From Phyllosticta citribraziliensis (taxonomy: Eukaryota), in contig NW_027117338.1 in NCBI RefSeq assembly GCF_038025025.1, forward strand, positions 1,860,001 to 1,924,000: 64,000 bases of DNA, read 5' to 3'. A program made the translations under genes and the position numbers. Below the pieces are notes generated by a model. It was not told where the DNA came from. It saw nothing but the letters and a program-made list of their open reading frames with translations, and made no database searches. This document shows, piece after piece, positions 1 to 11,741 of the stretch. The number at the start of each line of letters is the position of its first letter. Position 1 is the first letter of the stretch.

Positions 1-1149
1 GTTTGTTCGACTTGGCTTTGAGGGCTTGAGTAAGCGCGCTGACAGGCTGCACCATGCTGATGGGTCTCGCAGGAGGTAAAGTTGGCAAGGCTGATTGTTG
101 TGCCTGTTTAGTTCGCTTGTTGGGTGACGAATTGTGCGGTGTGATGGCCGGCGGGATATTTGTTGGTTTGGGCAAAGGCGTCGACCCCAATGGATCGGCC
201 TCAACACCCAGAAGCGAATTGGAATCCGCTGTGCCTGCTGCAAAGTCCGAGTCCAGGTCGCTATCATCGGACTCGGAGCCGTCAATGTCCTCTCCTTCGT
301 CTTCCTGGATCTTTTCAGCTAACAAATTGGTGGCTTGAGTAGCTCTGCGCGCATTGATTTGTTTCCTCTTGAAGACAGAGGGGTCAAGCTCATTCTCGGA
401 TGACATCTCACTGCTTGTGACGGTATCCCTCCGAGACCTTTCTTTGACAGACTCGAGCGCGCTCAGCGAGCCCCTTCTCGGTGGAGCGGCTGAGTCCAGT
501 GGTTTCGATGGCGACGTAACCATTATCATGTCCGGTCCTTCTGCCATACTTGTCTTTTGCAAAGGTGAGGATCCTGCCCTCGTCCGTACCGGCATCTTGG
601 TAAACTTGATCTGCTGCGCTGCTCGTTGCCCATCTCCTTCGTCGTCGCTGTCATCACTGAGATCGCTGCTGTCCTCTTCCTCCAATTGTTCTTTCCTTCT
701 CTTCCTTCTGGCGTGCATGCCTGGTCCTACAGTCTCATTGCTTCCGCCTCCACCTGTTACCATGCCGCCTTCTTCATCGTCGTCTCCGAATGCCGGCCCA
801 GTAAGTCCTGCTGATCGAGGCGCTTGGAAGTAGTCGGATGCGATAGCGGTAGGAATTGGGGGCGAGTATGTGCGCTTGATGTCGGAGGTGTTTGGTAGCC
901 AGCCAGCAGCTCGAAAGGCCGGGTTGTTCAGGACCGAAGTGTTTACGCCGATAAGTCGCTCACCAACGCCGTCTTTGATGTGTGAGAGGTAAGCGGTGCG
1001 AAGCTGGTAGAGGACAAAGCTGTGGACCAGTCAATCACAGCCAATCTCCCAGGTCATGTAGGGGCAGTTCCCCTGAATTCGAAGCGCGCTTTTGTGTATG
1101 CACCTGATTGCGTGAGATAAACTTACTCCTCGTTCTGAAGCAGCGACAT
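1..1149 (-). CDS. SIN1: TORC2 subunit Sin1/Avo1 (SAPK-interacting protein 1), 5' part; runs off the window start
   Basis: ATG at 1149; exon 1149-1127, GTAAGT..CAG intron 1126-1020, exon from 1019. Spliced N-terminus MSLLQNEDFVLYQLRTAYLSHIKDGVGERLI..NNPAFRAAGW..IKRTYSPPIPTA matches my recollection of filamentous-fungal Sin1. Absent from the ORF track because it is spliced and truncated. Confidence 0.85.
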
Positions 1150-1454
1150 AGATGGCAGTGAGATTATGAGGCGAAGCGGCACAACATCATGAAGCAGGCT
1201 GACAGACAGATACCACTCGATAGGTAGGCGAGGGCGGAGAATTGGCTGCGAACAAGAATTGCGCTGAGACGGAGGGGTATTGGGTACACGCCGGCGGGTT
1301 GCGGCGGCGCGCGGACGTCAGCCTTAGCGCGAGACGCTGCTGTGGGGGAACAACCCATGCCGCAGATCGTCGATGCGACTTTGTCGTCTACGCCTTTGCC
1401 AGCACGCCTACCACCATCTCATCGTTCCCGAAATCACATCCTGCCCTCCGCATC

Positions 1455-2639
1455 ATGAATCTCGTGCAGTATTCAGATTCCGAAGGCTCCGACACCGAAG
1501 CACCATCGACCGCTCATCCAGCGCCCAAGCCCGCCGTCAACTCGAAACCCGCCTTCCAAAAGGTCGTTGACCGATCAAAGCCAAACAAAATCCGCGTAAA
1601 CCTCCCCTCGACCGCCGGAACCGAGCAAAAAAACGGAGATGAACCTCCCGCGAAGAAGGCACGAACGGGTGGTGGAACCTTCAGCGGATTCAATTCATTT
1701 CTTCCGGCACCAAAGCGTGCAGGAGAGGCGGCGGCCAAGAAAGCTGCTGGGAGCGGGCTTGGGAAGGGCGTCAGCCTGAAAACCAGTGGTGCGGCAGCTT
1801 TCAGTAGGCAGGTTCAGGAGGAAGAGGGTCCCGCAGATGATCACGGGACAAACGGCGCGAATGAGGGACACCCATCGAAGACTGCCACCGAACCAGCAGA
1901 AGCAGAAAAGACAGAGGAAGAAGTGAAACTCGTTGGCAAGCCAATGATGTTCAAGCCTTTGTCTGTCGCGAACAACCAGAAGAAAAAGAAGAAGGCTACT
2001 TCGACTACAACAAATCCGAAGCCGGCATCGCCAGCAGTGGGAGCTTCACAACCAGCTGCCAGAGAAACAAACGCCACGCCGGCCCCCCCGAAACCCAAGC
2101 CAAAGGTCTCTCTGTTTTCAATATCCCAGGAAGAGACAGTATCTGCGCCGAGTGTCTCGAGCGGAGACTACCAACCCATCCTTCACTCGAGCAACCAAAC
2201 AAGTACAACAGTAGAGGGAGGCAATGGAGAAGACGAGACAACAGACGACTACCAACAATATCAATCCTACAGTACCCCACAGCCTACATCCTCCCAGGCT
2301 GCCCCCAGCGCCAACTCCCTGACCTCAATCGCGGCGGACCTCAATCTCACTGCCGCAGAGCGGCGCCAGCTCTTCGGGCGACAGGGCGGCAAAAACCGGG
2401 ACGATGTGCCGGCCGTTAACGTTGTGAACTTCAACACAGATGCAGAGTACAAGGCTAACGAAGAGCTGCGCGCCGCCGGGGAAACGGTGCAGCACAACCC
2501 CGTCCGGGCCATTGCTCCGGGCAAACACAGTCTGAAGCAGCTCGTATCCGCGGCGAGCACCCAAAAAGATGCGCTCGAAGAACACTTTGCTGCTGGAAGG
2601 AGGAACAAAAAGGAGGCTGGAAGCAAGTATGGTTGGTGA
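1455..2639 (+). CDS. PRCC-domain protein (mitotic checkpoint regulator, MAD2B-interacting family)
   Basis: First ATG in ORF 1242..2639 gives MNLVQYSDSE; C-terminus GKHSLKQLV..LEEHFAAGRRNKKEAGSKYGW is the PRCC C-terminal motif. Divergent from SIN1, about 305 bp apart. Confidence 0.85.
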   Translation: MNLVQYSDSEGSDTEAPSTAHPAPKPAVNSKPAFQKVVDRSKPNKIRVNLPSTAGTEQKNGDEPPAKKARTGGGTFSGFNSFLPAPKRAGEAAAKKAAGSGLGKGVSLKTSGAAAFSRQVQEEEGPADDHGTNGANEGHPSKTATEPAEAEKTEEEVKLVGKPMMFKPLSVANNQKKKKKATSTTTNPKPASPAVGASQPAARETNATPAPPKPKPKVSLFSISQEETVSAPSVSSGDYQPILHSSNQTSTTVEGGNGEDETTDDYQQYQSYSTPQPTSSQAAPSANSLTSIAADLNLTAAERRQLFGRQGGKNRDDVPAVNVVNFNTDAEYKANEELRAAGETVQHNPVRAIAPGKHSLKQLVSAASTQKDALEEHFAAGRRNKKEAGSKYGW

Positions 2640-4324
2640 GCTATATAAGCACATGGTATTATTGTTGCTGGGTTGGCAGTGAGAGGAGCGCACAGCTTGC
2701 TCTTTTGCGACCGAGTACAGAAGTCGACGACGAGCAAGATTCGTCCTTTTCAGTTAAATCCAGGAAGGCGAGCGAGTCGGGCATTTTACGCGGGATTGAG
2801 AACAAGTACATATAGACCAACACAAGATACCCGCATTGGCATACAGAGCCCTGTTCACAATGGCACAAGGCTTCGAGTATCTCCGTTTACTCGGGACAAG
2901 TCTCCCAATGTCCCGTCAACTCGAAATGCCGACATGATCAACCAGAGCCACACGCAAGACCCAAATGCACACGCCACCCCCGACGCCCCAAAAAGAAATC
3001 TTTCCATCGCCTTCAACTTGAAACCCGTTGACCTCACCGAGAAAAGGGACCCACACCAGTGGAGTCGCAAAAGCCACGACTTCCACGCCAACGAGTTGTC
3101 TGTTGAGTAATGGACATCAGGCCAAGCAAATCATCAAGCATCGACCGCGCCGACGAAGACTACGAAACCTTAGGCAGTTGGTCTATGGAGCGGTCCAATC
3201 CAGCCAAAAGCCCAAGATTGCCTGCTCCGGGCATTGAGGCTGTGCTGTGCTTAACGTGCTGCGTTCGGCCGGACGCGCATACGCCCAGCTCGCACCAAGG
3301 CGAGAGGGGTATCAGCAACCGTAGTATCATTAAAGTGCGATAGTGGAAGTATACATTGATGTCTGATTAAAATGCTTGTCGACCCTCTTCAGGAAGTGGA
3401 TATCGATGAATGATTATCTGTCAGGGTATATAGATGAGTATATACGCTTCGCTTTATGGACAAGAAGGAAGGGGTTTCGACTGATGGAGAGATGGAGAGG
3501 GAACGCGCTGGCCATCGTCATCTTCGTCACCGGGGGCCGTCGTCGTCGCGGCCGCCGCCGTCGCTGTCGCTCAAAAAATCGAATCGCTACATCTGCTACC
3601 GCTACCGGTACTGCTGCGCCGACTGCTTACGCTGAGCCAGCTGGGCAAACTGAGCCAAGCTTTCGAAGCTCCTGCGCTCCTACGCCGGCTAACCAGCGTA
3701 ACTCCAAGTGAGAAGATGAAATAAAAGTGTGATGAAAGATCAAACGCCAGCCCAGTCCCACATATGTACTTAGGTGATGGATGGAGAGCTATATACGTGA
3801 GCTCTGTTTTTGGGCCTTCCTCGATGATGTAAGAAGAACACCGGAGGTAACAGGAGGAGGAAAGTATAAGCCGGGTAGTTAGTTGAGAGACAGGGGAGGA
3901 CAAAGTGACTGCTTGGTGCTGGTCTGGTAGGCATCTCACATGCTACAGAAACAACGCAATGAGAAGCCACGAGCCAATCACCACTCAACCTCGTAACGAG
4001 CGACTACCGCCGGGCCCGGAAGACCGGGGCGTCGAGGCCGAAAGAGGAGGTAGACGACCAAAAAAGCAAGTCAGCCTTTTCCCCACATGATGAGGCGCTG
4101 CCTGTGTAGAGCAGCGTGTCTCTAATTGAAGACACATGGGCGGGCGGGTTTTGCGGTGGTGGGGCGACACGATTGCCCAACCCGTCCCATGCTCCGAGAC
4201 ATGTCGAACCCGCCCCGACGAGTGAGGGCCACGGCCGCTTGGGCGCGGCAAGCTGCATATGTGCAGACAGGCTCCAACGCAGACGTAATTAAGCAAACAC
4301 TTTTGGTCCCAGGTTCCTTCACGC

Positions 4325-6226
4325 CTATAATTCCAGTTCACCGATGAAACCATCGTCTTCTTGATCCGCAAGGCTCTTGTTGGCCCCGGAGTTTGCCATC
4401 TGTTGCCGCTTCTCCTGGATTCTCTTCGCAATCGGGTCGCCCTTCATCCCTTTAAGGTGATCGTTGTCAGCCTCTTCGTCACTCTCTTCGCGAAGAATCT
4501 GTTGCTGCTGAAGTTGCCTCCTCCTTTCCGTTTCTTCCCTTTTCATCTTCTCCTCTTTTTCAGCCATTCTTCGGGCAAAATTGAGCGCCATGTACGATTC
4601 GCCTAGGCTCGAATATCCCATGGTACTGTCATAGGTCGGAGACGGACTTCCACTGCTGAAACCACCAACGGGGAGAGGGACGTCGACTGCTTCCAGGTCT
4701 TCTTCAGTGGGGCGGAGCGGGCTGGGCGGTGGCCTGGACTTCGTGGGATAGAAAAGACCTGTGTTGTTTGCATCTGCAAATGAGCTGGAAAGAAGGACAG
4801 AAGAAGACGGGTGGTTTGGAATGGATGGATTCCCGCCTGAGAGTGCAATGCTGCGGCTTGCTGGGACATCGACCTCGGGTGATTTTGACGTTAGAGCTGT
4901 TGTGGCAGTCGATCGAGAAGGATTCAACGCAGGCGCAGACGCGAAACGCGCCTTGTCCTTCTTCTTCTTCCTCCTCCTCTGGTCCTTGGGAAGAGCCTTG
5001 ACCTCCTCCGAAATCGACGAGCGACGACCTTGATAATCGGCGAGCTGCTGGGCTACGTCTCCCTTGGAAAAATGGATGGGGCTTGCTGCCGAAGGTGGCT
5101 GCTTCTTGGGTGGCGAAAGGATCTTCTCAGCCGCGCTGTCTTCTCCTGGACCTCCTGACGGTTCACTCTGATTGCTGGCCTCCGAGGATAACGAAGCAGA
5201 GCCTTCTAGCTTTCCTGGGGCTGCAACCTTTTCCCCGGTCGGGATGTGGGTTTCCGCAGACCCAGGTGCCATGAGTTCTTCGTCAGGGATCCTCTCGTGG
5301 TACGTCCTCCTCGGCTCAGCATCCCACTTGCCGCCCAAGTCCTGTGTAGTCTGAGGAGCTTCCGCGTCCGCAGACTTTGGAGATTCTGCATGAGAGCTCA
5401 ACGGGCGGTCGTCCGGGGGCGATTGGGTGGGTGTCACGATCCTGGGACCAAGACTCAACCTCACGGCTTTACGAGCACTTCCTGGCCGATCCCCATTCGA
5501 CGCCTGCTTCAGTGACGACCGCCTGGGCTGAGCTGCCCGCGGGTGGATTGATGGAGCAGGCACGGTGCATGAGCGGATCAGTTGCGACCTCGGGTCTTCT
5601 GATACGTCCGGGACTCGATCGTTAGTCACAGGAGCAGAGCTGCTAAGCGCAGCTTGCTGGTCAAGCAGAGGTAAGAATCCAGGGAGGAGTTGGAAAATCT
5701 CAGAGTCCCGTTCCCTCACACTTCCCAGCGCGTGTGCCGGACTTTGGGGAGCACTCTTTGACGTCGGCTCGGCTTGCGTAGAAACCTCTTCCGAAACCCT
5801 AGCAGCTCTTTGCCGCGCATCTTCCTCGCGCTGCTTTTTTGTGAAGCGCGTCATGTCATCCTCACCTTCCATCGACGCGACATTTCTCTTTTCGGCGCCC
5901 GACTCTTCAATCCTTTCATCAATTTGGTGTTGGCGATGGCCGTGGTGTCGGCGTCGGCGCTCCTCGGCGCGGTGTTCGTACCGTCGGTTCTTCTCGGCCA
6001 CATAGTCGTCGAATTGGCCCTGCTTCTTTGCAATGTAGCGTGCCACCTTGGCGTCGAGCTCCAGGCGCTTCTGGTCGAGACTCTGGACCAATGCCTCGTC
6101 AAACTCGGGCGGATCCTTCTGGTTTATCCAACTCAGATCAGGCAGATGGATGTAACGGTAACTGTTCCTCGCAGGGTCGTGCAAGTGTTCAGCCGGCGAT
6201 GCCGAACGATCTTGGTGGGAAGCCAT
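4325..6226 (-). CDS. Hypothetical, largely disordered 633-aa protein with an N-terminal coiled-coil
   Basis: Uninterrupted 633-codon ORF, CCACAATGG start context, S/P/E-rich; no domain recognised. Confidence 0.8.
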   Translation of the reverse strand: MASHQDRSASPAEHLHDPARNSYRYIHLPDLSWINQKDPPEFDEALVQSLDQKRLELDAKVARYIAKKQGQFDDYVAEKNRRYEHRAEERRRRHHGHRQHQIDERIEESGAEKRNVASMEGEDDMTRFTKKQREEDARQRAARVSEEVSTQAEPTSKSAPQSPAHALGSVRERDSEIFQLLPGFLPLLDQQAALSSSAPVTNDRVPDVSEDPRSQLIRSCTVPAPSIHPRAAQPRRSSLKQASNGDRPGSARKAVRLSLGPRIVTPTQSPPDDRPLSSHAESPKSADAEAPQTTQDLGGKWDAEPRRTYHERIPDEELMAPGSAETHIPTGEKVAAPGKLEGSASLSSEASNQSEPSGGPGEDSAAEKILSPPKKQPPSAASPIHFSKGDVAQQLADYQGRRSSISEEVKALPKDQRRRKKKKDKARFASAPALNPSRSTATTALTSKSPEVDVPASRSIALSGGNPSIPNHPSSSVLLSSSFADANNTGLFYPTKSRPPPSPLRPTEEDLEAVDVPLPVGGFSSGSPSPTYDSTMGYSSLGESYMALNFARRMAEKEEKMKREETERRRQLQQQQILREESDEEADNDHLKGMKGDPIAKRIQEKRQQMANSGANKSLADQEDDGFIGELEL

Positions 6227-9113
6227 TGTGGAGCGGGGTTCTCGGTCAGGTCACGCCGGGAGCCGGAAGGATATCTCTGTCAAGGAGAAGATCGATAACG
6301 AGCGTCAAGCTGCACAACGGCAGCAGCGGAGAGAGGCGAGAGAGCTGGCGAGGGGCTCGACGAGGACACTCGCTCTTGGGGCGTTAGGATAGAGGTCTGG
6401 TGGGCGGGAGCGCAGCGAGGCGGTCAACGACTGCAGCTGCACGACGGGCGGAGGGCGGCAGATGGAGTGGCAGACGGCGCATCAGCAGCGAGGGACAGAG
6501 CACGGCGCAGCGGTGTTCGGGGCAGAAGGCGGCGGAGGCGGCTGGATCATGGCGATGCAGACAGCGCGGCGGTCGTCGAGAGGGTCGTGAGGTGAGGAGG
6601 TGTAGACGGAGTCACTCTTTGGAACCAGCTCAGGTCGGGTTGGGCGTGGAGTGTGCGTCGCCGGCGCAGGCGGAAATGGGCCGTAGGGCTGAAGAACGAA
6701 GTGCGCGAAGCTAGCCGAGGCTGCTCAGAGCATCCCGTCCCATCAACCGTCAACAACAACTCCGGTCGTCCTCTTCTTCGTGGGTGGGCTGCGTGCGGCA
6801 CTGCCCTTTGCGTCTGTCCCGACTTGACACCATCTGACCGTTGGAGCTTACTCGCGCACTCTCCTCATCCTCGACTCGACCACTTCACCCGGCGTCCGTC
6901 TCACAACGGCCTGCCCTGCTGATCCTCGCCAATCACGGCCGCTACGCCAAATCTCTTGCATGGCCTGGCTCTTTTGGCACGGGCAGATGATCGGAGAATT
7001 CGTATGACCGTCTAGACCATGGCGACTCTGCTGACGCGCGCCCACGCCTGCGAGCCTATCATCATCTCTACCTTTGGCCAGCAAACCTTGACCGGCCAAG
7101 CGCCCCTCGTTGGCCTGCCGTCCATGGCATGGTGTGAATGTGTGGCACTGCGAAACAGAACAGACCGGTGTGGATCTACATCAGCAGAGGCTTTGGCGCC
7201 ACGCTGTGGCTGAAGTTGATGAACCACACAGCAAAGCCTTGATTGAATATGCGCACCACCAGACCACTCTACAACAGCATCCCCCATTGCACCATCTGAA
7301 TGTCGAGTCCACGTTGCAATGCCGAGGCAGTCGAGACGGAAACCCAAGTCCTTGGTCAACCACACGCAAATGCACAGGTCGGCTCGTGAATGGTTGCCAT
7401 CATGGTCTATTCGGTTTCCTGCGTCCATCAGAAATTCTGGAAACCCGTGACATCATTCTCGATTAAACGAATGGACATGGTTCGCGGGATAAACTTTTGG
7501 ACACTTCGCCCTGCATCGCAACCTCAATGGTCAAGCTCACCTAAGCATCCCTCTGGCTGGCGCGGACCAATTCCGCATGTGCGAGGCCGGAGACACTTCC
7601 GGTCCACGAACTCGAGGGATACCATGAGTTTGGACATCCATTTCACTTGGGCGCAAGAAAGGGTTTGGATCATTCGGACCCTGGTAACGTCAACAATAAA
7701 GCCAATTGCGCAGAACATCCCCCGGCCGGGCCAAAAGGCAAGTCACGTGGAAAATACGTGATAAGGTATGCCTGCAGAAGGAGCCATGCACCCGTAAAGG
7801 CGTTCACGGTCTGTGACGTAGGTCAAGCCCTGGAGACCCCGTTCAATATCGATGCGACCCGCTGGTGGGCTTCAATGGAATCAGCCGACCCCGATTCGCA
7901 TTCCTTGGAATTCAATTGGCTCTTCCCTGCAAACGAATTGGGGCTGCACTGAATTTACAAAACACGTCTTTGCAACACGGCCGGAAAGACGTATCTGTCG
8001 CACAATGCAGGGTCCTCTTCGGCGCTGCTCAAGAAAGCCGAAATTCTGGCTCTCTCCAAGGCTGCGCAAATCTCATGGCGCCCAGTACGTCCGATTCACA
8101 GCGGGAGTGACATGTACCTGCATGCGGTTAAAGTTTCTTTTAGTCTGAGGTCGCTGACGTACGTAAGTGCCCGTCTGGCAACGACGCTAGACTAGTTTCT
8201 CCCTTCTCGAGTGCTCTTCGCGTTGTTGCAGTTGCTGAAGCGTCCATCAACCCCAATCCGATTCTCGCCATATTTGGTCATTGGTTTCCTCGAAGTGTCT
8301 ATCAGTATCAGCCTTGGTCATTGACGAGAGGCTCGACAGCAATCCGCCACGTCACATTCTTCAGAAAGGTGAGATGCCCTCCTCTGATAGAGCTGGTAAT
8401 TTCTCATTTCCCAGGGCAAGCTAATGACATCTGCCAAGCTGGAGTACGAAAAGGTCCACTCGCGCAGCGAGCGATCAGCCAGACAAGAGGCCTGTTGCGG
8501 AGAATTGGTCTTGGGTGATTGTTGCTGTAAAATACGGGTGAACAAAGCAAAGAGAAGTCAATACATGCAATGCTCGTCCATCACCGCCGTCCCAGAAATT
8601 TCTTCGTCGAATCGAAAAGATCAGAAGTTGCTGAACGCTAAGGTTTTGCAAGGAGAATCATGGGCCAGGAAGTATCGGACATCAAAGTTGAGGGAGAAGC
8701 ACATTGGGGGAAAGAAAAACCAAGTCAAACGAGGAAACCACGGCAGGGGGATGTGGCCTCTGAACGCCAGACCAAACGGCATCCATGCATAGGCCAGCCC
8801 TCAACGACAACTCCCGAATGAAGGATCAGAATTGCCCAGGTCAAAATCCAACAACACGCAATTGAAGGCCAAACGGGGACCAGCGAAATGGAATGTGCAG
8901 TATGCAGATCACCAGGTCTCAACCAGACAGTATATGCCAAATGACGCCATCGCTGGCCGAACTCTGCCGTTGGCAGATTCTGTACTGGAATTAGGGACTG
9001 CTTCCATGATGCTGTTCTCTTCGAGTCTGACCGTCCTGGTGCCTTTCCTCGCTTCCATTACTGACAACGAGGAGGGAAATGCAGGATTCCGCAACCCCAC
9101 CCTGTACAATCCT

Positions 9114-11741
9114 CTACACCGCCGTAGCGCAAATGTGTGGAAAAGCGTCCCGGAACAAAGGCTCGAGAATCGTCCAGCTCCAGCTTGCGATAGCATCGAT
9201 CTCGCGCGCATCGGCAATCCATTCGAGCATGTACTGCACCGTCAGCATCACCTCCGTCTGATCGACCTCTCGCCGGCAAACCTCGGCCAAGACACTGGAT
9301 ATGGTCGTCATGCGAAGAATGAGCAGAATTCCAAGGAAGTTTTGCGTCCAGGCAAACGGGTACGGGACCAGTCGCTTGCGGTTCTTTGGCGGAGCCAGGG
9401 CGATTGGCCACATCAAAGTCGACTTGATGCACATGGCGAGAAGCATCCGATCTTCTTGCGTCACGAGCTCTGGGGAATGCAGCGCCTTGAAGACGAAAGG
9501 CTGATATATTATGAACCGACACTGGTAGTAGCGGCTACGGAGCTGCGCGGCGAGCAGGTCCTCGGCGCTCTGTTGATTCAGGGGCACAGTGCTGTTCGGC
9601 AAGCCCGACGAGAAAGTATTCGTGTGGAAGATCTTTTCCAGGACAGAAGATCCATAGTGGAATCGAGCCTCGGGCGGATCGTCCGACCACTGGAGAGGTT
9701 GAGGAAGCATGGCGCGCCAAGACTCCAGCTGTCGAGCGAGCTCGCGAATCACGTGCGTGGGAGGTCCGCCATAACCTTCGGATGACTCTGCCGAGGAGCT
9801 TGTTGCTGATAGGGTTGGATATTAGCAAGGGGGACCACGACCAGGTGGACTTTTCGCAGCTCGGAAAGAAAAGGGTTCATCACCGAGTCCCGTTTCTGAC
9901 CAAGCGGAGGACCCGCCGACTCCCCGACCGCACAACTGGCGCCACCAGAACTCTTTTTCGATGCCAAACTCACCTTCAAACAGTGTTCTATGCACCCTCG
10001 TCATCAAGCGCCGCAGTGCTATCATCGCCAGGAAGTGCATCATCGCCTGCTGTTCCTCTGCCGTTGCTTGTCCGAGCAGTTCGCCAGGCAGTGGAACTTC
10101 GTCTTCGCTTTCGACCATGCCGGTCCGCGGGAGATCGAGATCGAAATGATACCAACTGTGTAGAAGATCAGCCCCAGATGCCACCTCGACCATAGTACAG
10201 GGGACAGTACTGTTCTATGAGATTGCAAGTCCAGTACAATCTCTTTACCAAGCTGCCTTGCTCGGTAAACCAATCGACCGGAGTGCTTTGCAAAGTTGGT
10301 TAGCAACCGTCTCTCTCAGATATGGGTTGCCATCGTCCGCCCAGGAGGGGCTATCTCTTACGAACGTCCGTACGTACCATTTGATGAGGGTTTGAAATGC
10401 TGCTGATGCTGCTGAAGCGGCTCGCCAAAATTCCTGGACCCGTTGTCAGCACAGGAGACAACTCTTGTCGAGTTCGTCTTGACACACCAAGTGTCTTCCA
10501 CACGATTCGAAGTAAATACTAAAAGCTTCCAGTCAGCGAACCTCACCCGTCGTCAATTTACCATTCGAATGGCCTTACGCAGTTAGAAGTAAAATCTGGA
10601 TGTTCTCGACAGAGGACCTGTATGCGACGAACCCAGTCCTCCTTCTGGCTTCGTTAAAGAGGTCCAAGCCCGGCGGTCGATCTTTGGTGCCTCCCTTGAG
10701 GCCACTTGTGAAGTTCGTTCCGGTTTCCAGAGGAGTGGACCACGTTCCCTCGAATGCGACCTTTCCCAGGGAAAGAACAAGCAATGCAATTATGGAATTC
10801 TCGTCGCCCTCTCCGAACCCACGCCTGGCAACGTGAGGCAGCACTGTGTTCATAAAGCTTGCTCGGTCCAGAATGAGGTAGAGCATATTGAAAGTATCGA
10901 AGTAGTGGGTGGCGTATGTCCTCATTTCTTCGTATGAAAGATCGGGAAATCTTGCTCTGGGCATGGCGCCCGGGTCCGTCAAGTCTTGCACCTGCTCAGA
11001 CTTCGGAATCACATTGCAAGGTAGGATATCCGGATGTTTTCTAGCGTCCTGTCTTAGGACCCACGGTGTTCCTCCTTGGAACAGATCCTGGAGATCCCCA
11101 GTCGCGTCCACGCTGAACTCTTCCAGACGAGAGCGAACGAAAGGCCATGAAAGGATCCTGTGGGGCGTCGTTATGTGTACCGGTACATTCGGGGAGCCAG
11201 AGTCTTTGATGGCTATCGGTGGGGGACGAGTCTGGATCTGTTGTTTCGCGTGCTGATGAACATCTCCGACCGGCTTGTCCTGTTCAGTGGAACCGCCGCC
11301 GATGGAAGAAGGACGCCCTGATAGACCTGAGAAATGAGACGCAACATCCAAAACGCTACCATCAGGATCAAACACCTTGCCAATCTGGTCGACCTTTCCC
11401 TCGATCCTTTGGAGCGCGTCTAGCATGAAGAGCATGGTCTTGTCCTTTCTGGGGAGTGTTTGTCAGTCACACGAGCCTCGGCGCACGGTAGGCGGGCTAG
11501 ACCCGCGTTCGGTCATTGTAAAAACCTACTTGGTAGGCAGGGGCTCCCGATATCGACACTCTGCTCCTAGGCGCTGGCAAAGGCCACATTTTGGCCGTTT
11601 CTCGTCGCACTTGGACTTTCTGGCTCTGCATGTTTCGCAGGCCTGGGCAGCGATTGCAGCGCGTTCTCGTCGTTGCGAACCGTCGACTGAGGCTTCGCCG
11701 GGCGAAGGACCAGCCGATCCGGCGGGCGAGAACGCACTCAT
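9114..11741 (-). CDS. Zn(II)2Cys6 fungal transcription factor, 7 exons
   Basis: CETCRARKSKCDEKRPKCGLCQRLGAEC (CX2CX6CX6CX2CX6C). Exons approx. 11741-11530, 11448-10579, 10518-10488, 10433-10378, 10285-10211, 10155-9974, 9805-9114 join in frame through GT-AG introns; central region resembles the fungal TF middle homology domain. Confidence 0.92.

Noticed and set aside
8832..9785. 317-aa plus-strand ORF
   Set aside because: Mostly antisense to the last exon of the Zn2Cys6 gene.
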